Below are positions 54,101-64,000 of a DNA stretch of 64,000 bases, piece after piece. The stretch is from Octopus sinensis (taxonomy: Eukaryota). The stretch is taken from NCBI RefSeq assembly GCF_006345805.1, contig NC_043006.1:76694001-76758000 (forward strand). Reading direction: 5' to 3'. Each line of letters starts with the position of its first letter. Positions within the stretch are counted from its first letter, which is position 1. The position numbers and the translations under genes were made by a program. The notes below the pieces were generated by a model. It did no database searches and was not told the origin of the DNA. It saw only the letters and a program-made list of their open reading frames with translations.

Positions 54101-54840
54101 AAGCAGCTACTCAACCAAACATCAACTTCGCCCATAAGTCCTTGGAGGGTCCTTAAGACAGAATCCTCAGGCTATTCGTCCATAAAATTGTATCACAAGC
54201 GGCCATTAGTCAACTTCCGAGCAACATTTCCAAGCATGACTAACAGAGACTATGGATGCTAAGCGACCACATCGTTCTTGGTTCATCTTATGATTCTGTG
54301 CAACATTTTAATCATATGTCCATGTACTGGATCTGTGACTTCTGACAGCGGAGAAGCAGGAAACTGTATTGAAGAAAACACGTTTGGCTTTTATATAAAT
54401 GTGTGCACGTATATATAACCGATAAATATTTCTTATGACTTCCTACATCACTCTTCTAATAATGACGACATTTCAAGTTTTATTTTGAAAGTAGTGCTAC
54501 GCATAGAAACATGTAAATTACCCTGGTAAAAATATATGAATATGTACATATTGATTTTTTAAAATTTACAGCCAGTATATATTTTTCAAAGTCAATGTTA
54601 TTTTGTCTCAAATTTTTGCATATTACAATATAATTGTCACTCTAAATATGAATTTACTTTTATATGTATTGAATGGTGTACGTAAAAAATCTCAGTGTGC
54701 TTACACACATACATATATGTTTGTGTGCATACATATGTGGGATGTATTCATGTATGCAGGGATGTATATAACTATGTATATATGGACGTATATATGTATG
54801 TATATTGGAATGAGCATACATGTGTATATCAATCTTTGTA

Positions 54841-54880
<40 letters not shown>

Positions 54881-54925
54881 TATATATCGATCTCTGTATT
54901 ATCAATCTATCTATCTATCTATATA

Positions 54926-54975
<50 letters not shown>

Positions 54976-55589
54976 CATATATACATATATATACATATAC
55001 ATATATACATATATATACATATATATATACATATATATATATATATACATATACATATACATATATATATATGTATGTAGATATATGTATATATGTATGT
55101 ATATATATATATATATATATATTCAATGTGTGCATTCATTCAATAGAAATTTTCATTGAATTTTGTATACGATTTATCAAACTATTCCTAGCTTTGTGTT
55201 TGTTTTTTATGAACATTAAAGTTACTTTTCGGGTATTATTTAAGATATTTCGTGACACTAAATGTATAGAGAAACACGCTATCTTGAGGAAACGAGCCCA
55301 ACGTAAATATTTATACTTAGATAGTATAAGATGTATGCATAAATACAGATACACACACACACATATGAATATATTCGTACGCACATACACATCCACGCAC
55401 AACACACACACACACACACTTACACACACATGTATAAAATGGAGAGAGGTCTATACAGGATTCGCGCATAAATATACGGTTAGATTATGTTCGAACGATG
55501 TGACAAGTGTAATATCTCTTCTAATAAAGTAATATTTAATGACTATTTATACGATAACTGAAGGTTTGCGTGTCTTACATATGATTATT

Positions 55590-55717
55590 TAGGCTTTTCC
55601 ATTATTATTACTAATATCATTATTATTATCATTGTCATTATTATTATCATCATTATTATTGTTATTATTATGTTTTTTCCTTCTTTCTTCAAATTTTCTT
55701 CCGATTCTCGTCGAGTG

Positions 55718-55767
<50 letters not shown>

Positions 55768-55823
55768 TATTATTACTATTATTATTATTTTGATCATCAT
55801 CATCATCATCATCATTATTATTG

Positions 55824-55863
<40 letters not shown>

Positions 55864-56003
55864 TATTACTAATATTGATGTTATTATTGTTATTATTATT
55901 ATTATTATTAATATTATTATTATTATTATTATTATTTATATTATTATGATTATTATTATTATTTTGATCATCATCATCATCATCATCATCCTCATCCTCA
56001 TCC

Positions 56004-56037
<34 letters not shown>

Positions 56038-56150
56038 TATTGTTGTCATTATTATTATTGATAATGATGTTGGTGCTGCTACTGTTGTCCCTGCTGTTGT
56101 TTCCGTCGTCGTCGTCATCGTTATCATATTCATATTTACTAATAAAAGAA
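55590..56150. repeat. (TAT)n/(CAT)n trinucleotide mosaic
   Basis: Direct reading. Confidence 0.92.
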
Positions 56151-56404
56151 ATCAATGTTGATAGTAGTTGTAAATGTCATTATTATGGCTGTTAGTGTTG
56201 TTGTGGTTATATTTAGAATAATGTAGTTACAACGTAACACGAATTTTTGAACCGAGTGTGTTTATAAACAAACACACATACAGATACAAAAACACGCACA
56301 CACATACGTACAAACACAAACACTTATATAAATATAGATAGATAGATGATAGAGTGAGAGATAGATAGATAGATAGATTGATGGGGATACATATACATAT
56401 ATAT

Positions 56405-56716
56405 TTTTTTGTCGCCCTTTTCGGGTCTAGCCAGGCTCATGGGACCGGTTTCCAGGTTTCTGTGGAAAATGCTTTCCCCCCAGCTGGATGGAACCCCAGT
56501 CCAATGCAGCGTTACTCAAGAAACAAGAAGAGAGAGTGAGAGAAATCTGTGGCGAAAGAGTACAACAGGGGTCGCCACCACACCCTCCTGCAGGAATCTC
56601 GTGTAGCTTTTAGGTGTTTTCGCTCAATAAACACACACAATACCCGCTCTGGGAATCGAAACCACAATCCTCCGACCGCGAGTCCACTGCCGTAACCACT
56701 GGGCCATTGCGCCTCC
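56405..56716 (-). mobile_element. SINE family B (tail type 1)
   Basis: Reverse complement of GGAGGCGCAATGGCCCAGTGGTT... through AAAAGGGCGAC. Confidence 0.88.
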
Positions 56717-56730
56717 ACATACACACACAG

Positions 56731-56821
<91 letters not shown>

Positions 56822-57228
56822 TATATATATACAACTTTAAAAATTCTATGAGATTAATTCCGAAATTGATTCATTATAGAAATAACGAATTTTAAAAAAA
56901 ATTCTATTGACTAGCTTCCCGATTTCAGTACGACGTATTTCTGTAGTGAGTATATAATATGTGGAAATTGATGATTTAAAGTCTGTTATCAGCATATTGG
57001 CATAGAAATAATTTTCTTTTGCCCTTGTTTATAAGTTGTTTATAATTTTAACCTTTAAACGTATTTTAATATGCTGCCACATTTTGATGATTTTTTTTTT
57101 CTGAAAAAAAAAATTTCATCCTATATTAGTAGTAGAGTTATACGATATATAAATAAATATATATAGATGCATATATACATACACGCATATTTGTATGCAT
57201 GAGTGTGTGTGTATGTGTGTGTGGCAGT

Positions 57229-57265
<37 letters not shown>

Positions 57266-57541
57266 TGTGTGTAGTACATTTTGTTATATTATACTTTGGC
57301 TCGAACTTGAAAGATGATTCATCTCCAATACTGCACAGCTGGGTTTTCATCATCAAGGAACAGAAGTTGCAGAGACACTGATGATTCTAGACATCACAGT
57401 TCCATCTTACAGATGGAATATCATGCAGTTTGTAAAGAAACATTGTAATATAAGGTTCTATTTGCAGATATCTTCATCATGTGACTAAGAATAAATAATA
57501 ACGAATACACTACAAAAGTGAAACTCTCTCTCTGTCTATCG

Positions 57542-57667
<126 letters not shown>

Positions 57668-58849
57668 ATTTCGGGATGGTCGTTTTTTTTGCCAAATAAA
57701 CTGATGCATTGTATATATTTTTTTTTTCTTCAGTCGTTTATTACTGTTCTTATTTTATTATTTTAATTCTTGTGTGGAAATCTTTATATAAACATCTATG
57801 TTTGCACATGCATAAGTATAAATTAAAGATCGGAAAGTGAATCGAATATATATATTCTACGGAGTTTCCTCTTGGAAATAAAGACTACAAATGGAGTTCT
57901 TTGTAGCGTATGTGTCTTTCTGCTTTTCATCTTCTTATTAGATTTAATCTTTTACACATACACACGTTTATAAGCAAAGACAGGGTGTGGGTGCGTGTGA
58001 GTAAATGTGTATGTTGTATGTGCGTGTGTGTACGTGTGTGTGAAAGAAAGAATGGATGTACGACTGGGGAACAAACTGTTATGTTTGTAGGAATTTCTTA
58101 ATGTCGATGGAAGCCAGCATGTACGTAGTGTGTACAAATGTGTATATGCGTGTCTGTCCACGTTTTTGTGTTTGTTTGTGTATGCGTGCGTATTTTGTGC
58201 GTCTGTCTTTACTTGTGTGATGTTTTGTGTACTTGTGTAAAACTGATGTGCATACATGATCTAAGAGTTATTCTCGATCTTTCTATACTTATACACCAAA
58301 GGCTGAATAATTTGACAAATCATTCTGCACGCAAATGAACTGTGTTGCATCAAAGAACAGACTGTTAACAGTAAATAGAAGAAGAGCAATACATCTCATA
58401 CGGCCAGTCATTAATGCTTGTAGTATGTAAATAGATTCTTGTGAATATTCACATAATTTTGTACATTGCTTTAGAACAGAGGACATCTTGCAAATGTTTT
58501 CAGTTGCTTTCAGCATCGATTCAATCTATATAGTTTACAATGAATATAAAGCATGGCTGCTTCTTTGTTTCATCGGCATTGGGGGAGAGGGTTTTGCTCA
58601 GTAACGAAGGTTTGTAGTACACATGACTTTCAAAATTGTAGCAAGGAGGGTAGTCTCAAACTGGGAACCTTATCTGAATGCGTGCATTGAGCAAAATGGA
58701 AACCTTTGATAAATGTACCTGAAATTGTTTCATCTTCACAAGCATCAAGGGTCAGTGTTAACTAAGTTTCTGAATTGATGCACGACACAAGTAGGCTACG
58801 GTGAGATTTGAACTAAAGGCGAAGAGAAAATGAATAAGGAAGATATTTT

Positions 58850-59530
58850 TAACGGAGTGCAAGATGTCGATTTAGCGGCATTTGGCGTTTATCTCTAGCA
58901 TGTTGGTATTGTTATCAGCACTCATTATTATAATTATATCTTTATAATGATATATCGTATTAAATGTTACCTGTATGGTTTTTATTACATAATGGTCACT
59001 TGATAAGATATAACGATATTATCCTTAATTATGTATAAATATATATTAGTTACTCCGATCAAGTTACATTCACTGCGGTGCTATTTTTATTGTAAATGCA
59101 TGTGGTTGAGGTGAATAAATTAGATTAGACTCGTATATATGTGGGAATATATGTATATTTACGTGTGGATATATGTTATTCTTAGGGGTATGTATAATTA
59201 CTAGTATATATGTACTGTGGGCATATTATACTGAAGACGGCAGAGGAATTTTATATCTCTAAGCTAGAAATCGATATATAGTTAACTACTATTTTTTAAA
59301 ATCTTTATTCGTTTCTCGCTTTCAACCTGTGCTAACGGAGTGCAAGAGGTAGTTCTAGCGCCCTTTGTCGTCTATCTCTAGCATGTTGGTGTTGTTTATC
59401 AGCAGTTTTTATTACAGAATCATACTTTGTAATTATATAATAGTATTAATTGCTACCTATATGTTTTTTATTACATGCTGGCCACTTGATAAAATGTTTA
59501 TAACAATTGTAACCTTAATTATGTATACAT
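58850..59530 (+). repeat. Diverged ~190-bp direct repeats (58850-59040, 59333-59530)
   Basis: Shared blocks TAACGGAGTGCAAGA, TATCTCTAGCATGTTGGT, CACTTGATAA, CCTTAATTATGTATA. Confidence 0.75.
59225..59282 (+). ncRNA. Candidate minimal hammerhead motif
   Basis: ATTATA-CTGAAGA-C GGC AGAG..CTCT AA GCT A-GAAA-TCGA-TA-TATAGT; palindromic ATCGAT stem III, AUA triplet, C-A mismatch closing stem II. Confidence 0.45.
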
Positions 59531-59532
59531 TT

Positions 59533-59685
59533 GAGTGGCAGTGTGTTAAGTAGCATACTTACCAACCGCATAGTTGAGGGTTCAGTCCCACTATGTGGCA
59601 CATAAGGCAAGTGTCTCGTACTATACCCTCGGGCTGACCTAAGCCTTTTGAGTTGATTTGGCAGGCGGAAATAGAAAGAAACCCG

Positions 59686-59755
<70 letters not shown>

Positions 59756-59972
59756 TTGTGTTGTTATGTGTGTGTGTTTTCCAACGCACCATCACTGGAT
59801 AACAAATGCTGGTGTGTTTAAGTCCCCGTAGCTTAGCGAATTAGCAAAAGAGGTCGATAGATAAATACTAAGCTTACAAAGAATAAGTCCTAGGGTCGAT
59901 TTCTTCAACTAAAGGCAGCGCTCCAGCATGACTGCTGTAAAATGACGGAAACAAATAAAAGAACAAAAGAAT
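59533..59972 (+). mobile_element. SINE family A
   Basis: Both arms present, diverged. Confidence 0.85.
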
Positions 59973-60050
59973 ACATACATAGATATCTGTACACACACAT
60001 GCACACACATATATATATATATGTGTGTATGTATATATTTACACACACGC

Positions 60051-60145
<95 letters not shown>

Positions 60146-61117
60146 GTATATATACTACACAGCCACGCCCCTCTACTTAAATTCTTGAAACGTTTCGGTC
60201 ATCATCGCTTTCGGATACGATTATAGGCTCCGAATAGTTGCTATGTTAAATGTTGGTGTTCTAGCTTTTTTTCACTCGAATCATATTTTCATTCGGTGAC
60301 CTATCAAATACAATCGAATTGTCTTCATAAAATATCATGAATTATCCTAATATGACATATTTATCACTAGTCTTGCCTAATTTGATTGTTGAGTATTCTT
60401 CCCCGCTTACTTCCCGTTTCTATCTACCTATTTTTCATAATATTTCGGTGAATTTTATTACTTGAAAAATTCCTTAACACACTTTCCATTTAAAAGTTCC
60501 CTCAAGGAGACATAAGGTCCATTATCATTTATAATTGATAGTTCTTCAATTTTGACCTAAATTGGAAATGAATATTAGTGACTCGTAGAGGTACCCTTGA
60601 CTATCGTTCTAATATAATGTTCGTTTGCAATTTTTCAATTATCATTTTGAATTAAGTGTTCATTAATAATAACTGGCTTCTTAGTATGATAAGAAAACTG
60701 ACAGCATAAACGTCAGTGAGATCTTAGCCGTCTAACTTTCTTCCTGAGCGTACACTTAATTGAGCTAAATCTAATTAGATTCGATAGGCAATTTAGTATA
60801 AGTCATGCTAGTGTAGGTTTATGATATGATATTATATCAGATTCAGAGCTAAGGAGCACGAGTATGTGTCCAATAATTTTTGCTGTTCTATTTACTAGGA
60901 CGAACGCTCTTAAATCTGTATTTCTTGGGAGGACGTATTTAACACTTAATCTTCCTGTTCGTATTGCTGTAAATGTGTATCATGAAAAAGTATATCCTAT
61001 CCCCGATCCAATTATATATGTATGTGTGTGTGTGTGTGTGGGTACGCGTGTGTGTTATGTATGGGTTGTGTACATACACACACACATACATACATATCTA
61101 TGTATGTATCTATCTAT

Positions 61118-61154
<37 letters not shown>

Positions 61155-61158
61155 TATA

Positions 61159-62100
61159 TCTGCCTTGCCAACGACACACCGGTCTCACGCCATTTCTGCT
61201 CCACCGGTCACTCCTTGCAACACCTGTCTGTGTTCGGTTTGTCCTTGCACAGAGGCCATCCGGATTCCCGTTTGCGCCGTGAACAGGGATTAATCTTCTC
61301 TCTTCGCTCTTTTATGCCATTTGGTCTCAACTCTCTCACTTCCTCATCTAACTCCTACTTCTCTTCAGTCCTTCATCTTTTCACCCCTACTCTCTTTCCC
61401 TCCGCATCCCTTCTTCCCTCCTCTTCTTTCCTCTTTCTTCTTCCCTCTTCCCCTTCCTTCTCTCTGATCCCTCACTCCCCTTTTCTCCTCCTCCCTCCTC
61501 CCTCCTCTTCTCCTCTTTTCTTCTCCTCTTTTTCTTCTCCCCTCTTCTCCCTCCTCTCCTTCCTTCTTCCCCCTCCCCCTCCCTACTCCCTCCTCTTCTC
61601 CTCTTTCCTTCTCCCCCACTCACTCTCCCCCTCTCCTCCCCCTCATCTCTCATCCCTCCTCCTCCTCCCCTCTCCCCTCACCTCATATATCACCCCTTCT
61701 CACCCTCCTCCTTCATCTGTCCTCCCTCCTCCTCCCCTCTCCCCCTCATCTCCTCTCTCTACACTACAACATTCGACATTACACATCACATTATACATAC
61801 ACACGTCCAGACCTCTCATACGCACATACATACTCTCTCATACACACACGCACCCTTATGTTGGGGCGAAGTCATTTGACCCTGTTATTTCCCCTACTTT
61901 CCCTCTTGCGTCGCACGTCTGATCTCTGACTTCTGGCCGAAATCAGACCGCCATGCTGATTCGTTAGCTCCTGCACGCATTTTTTTCTCTCCTTGTTTCT
62001 CTCCGTGTTTCTTTTCTGTGTATCTTTCTGTTGAAGAGCGTAGGCTCGAAACGTAAAAGACTTGTTTTATTTCTATTCCTAAGCGTCATACTAATACAAT
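61159..62100 (+). mobile_element. 5'-truncated Penelope-like element (family P1, copy 2)
   Basis: DTPVSRHFCSTGHSLQHLSVFGL...RLRREQGLIFSLRSFMPFGLN (GIY-YIG C-terminus), pyrimidine tract, HHR module. Confidence 0.85.
62023..62060 (+). ncRNA. Minimal type I hammerhead motif, CUGUUGA variant core
   Basis: TCTTT-CTGTTGA-A-GAGC GTAG GCTC-GAAAC-GTA-AAAGA; all stems pair. Confidence 0.7.
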
Positions 62101-62338
62101 ATAGCTTACGTAGTAGTAATACACTCCAGCAAGGAAAGAGTTTCATCACAACAATTTAATTTGAGAAAGAATCATCTAGATTCAAAATCGATACGTAAAG
62201 TTAGATATATAACCAGCGATATGCAACTATCGCTTTGACCGTAAGCTCTTTGTGCAAAATATAAAACAAGTTGTGTACATGTTATAGTTTTGTACTCCAC
62301 CTGCCTTCGTATTTTGCTTATTTTCATAAAGCTTCCCG

Positions 62339-62408
<70 letters not shown>

Positions 62409-62667
62409 ATATATATATATATGATGAGAGACAGAAGAAATTCAACAGAATACGACGAAACATGCAGATGGAAGAGTCGCTAAGGAGGTCACAGGTGTGT
62501 GAAGAAAGAATTTCAGATAATAGTCATCAGATAATATAGGAATAATAATTAACGAGTGAAGAACGAAAATATAGTGCGCGTGTTTACTTGGCGAGAAAAA
62601 AAATGACCGTCCCGAAATATAACAAGATCATGTCACATCTGGTACCTTGGAAATCAAATTCGTAAAT

Positions 62668-62703
<36 letters not shown>

Positions 62704-63739
62704 GCACACCCACAAACACACATACACAATCAAATATGCAAGTATGTATGTAAGTTTATGTTAAATTCTAGCCTTGCACCGGATCTAGTAACAGAAGCGA
62801 AGAGTCGTAGTGTGCGAAACCGTGTTGATTAATTTGATTCAGAGATTTTGTTCTAATCTTGGTATAGCATGATATCTTGTATGAAAGTATTTATCGGATA
62901 TTTACAATCATTCAGTGTAGTTATCAACTGAATTGTAACTTTCTCCAAAGTGTATCAATTTTATCGAAGGCATAAACCAGCGGTTACATTTTTCATTTAA
63001 TATTGGTCGATTTCCGCTTTTGCGATGTGGATTCGCGTAAATGTTCACAATCTATAATATATGTTCACAATCTATAGAACACATTAACGTACCGTGGGAA
63101 ATGTAACTAATAAGGATATATGCAGTATATTAGCTTATCACGGATCTTAATTCTTGATATGTAAGTTATGCAAAAGTTACTTAAATACAACCGACGATCG
63201 AAAGCAGTTGCACTTAAATCGAATGCAATTTGCAATTACGTCTATCTCAATCAATAACGTTTATCACAGCATATATCCGTTTCTGTGTGTAAGAGCGTTT
63301 GTGCGGGAATGTGTGCGTGTGTGTACGTATGTGTTTGTGTTGTTGTTGTTTTTTTTTGTATACTTCAGTAATTTCTCTCCATCTACACATCTTGCCTGTT
63401 AATAGCTTAGCTGGACTAGCATCTGTGTTCGCCTCACAAATACAGCACACCTTTTCCTCGACTTACGACCATCCACATTTACGACCGCAAAAAATAAATA
63501 AATAAATAAAAAGCCAATTTTCGGACGCTGGGCAGCTGCGCGAACAATAACTGTGGCAGCATCTGGCAACGCAGGACTCCCTCAGACCACTGTCTCTCAC
63601 TCAGTTGTTTTCAAGCATCAGTTGCGTTTGAATGAAAATAGCGTTGAAAAATATAAAAATATTTTTGAAAAATATAAAAATATTTTTGAAAAATATATGT
63701 TTGTATATAATCGCCATGATAGATCGCTAACTACTACAT

Positions 63740-63865
63740 ATTCTTTATTTTCTATCCTTGTTTCTTTCTGTGGAAGTGCGTAGGCTCAAAACGTTAAAGA
63801 TTTTTCACTTCCCGAGCGTTATACTAATACATCTGTTTGTTGTCTACACACACACACATATATAT
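63740..63865 (+). mobile_element. Solo P1 terminal module with degenerate HHR (63763-63800)
   Basis: TCTTT-CTGTGGA-A-GTGCGTAGGCTC-AAAAC-GTT-AAAGA followed by the GAGCGT...CTAATAC tail shared with 2881-2950 and 62070-62100. Confidence 0.7.
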
Positions 63866-64000
63866 ATGTCCTAGTGTATATTTACTTTTTTTGTATTTAA
63901 CGAAGAAGTGCATTAATCTGTATCGAATCATTACCAGACACTTACGGGAATCAAAATACTGAATGCCGAGTTTATTCAGATTTACATATTACACATCCTA

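Noticed and set aside
57398-57460. CTGATGA...hairpin...GAAAC as a hammerhead
   Set aside because: An 8-bp internal hairpin exists, but stem I does not pair and the stem II closure is poor.
60185-60310. Minus-strand GGTCA...TGACC-GAAACGTT as a long-stem hammerhead
   Set aside because: Core is defective (TTTGATA) and there is no stem I.
60864-61922. 352-aa ORF as a gene
   Set aside because: Chimera of unique DNA, microsatellite, a PLE GIY-YIG tip and a pyrimidine tract.
63646-63697. 21-bp tandem repeat GAAAAATATAAAAATATTTTT
   Set aside because: Only ~2.5 low-complexity units; ordinary slippage.

Overview
AT-rich eukaryotic intergenic or intronic DNA, very dense in microsatellites and transposable elements. 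The SINE families and repeat landscape look like an octopus (coleoid cephalopod) genome; this is inferred from recognition and was not verified. No host protein-coding exon, true tRNA/rRNA gene or CRISPR array could be supported, and most listed ORFs are microsatellite artefacts. Content: three tRNA-derived SINE families (about 20 copies or fragments, including a head-to-tail tetramer); a near full-length, young, GC-rich RTE-clade LINE (50054-53985, minus); R4/Dong-type REL elements sitting in (TAA)n; an internally deleted HERO-like REL element with a 31-bp flanking repeat; mariner and maT transposase relics; a mariner-derived MITE; a HINE-like element; and at least three Penelope-like element (PLE) families with GIY-YIG domains. 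The most notable theme is a set of several different minimal type I hammerhead ribozyme (HHR) motifs with palindromic stem III. One has an intact canonical core and a long stem II (21021-21106). They co-occur with fold-back or inverted duplications at or near PLE termini (14913-15057, 21356-21468, 19027-19110/21734-21817). All structures were read and paired by eye, and boundaries are approximate unless stated as exact.
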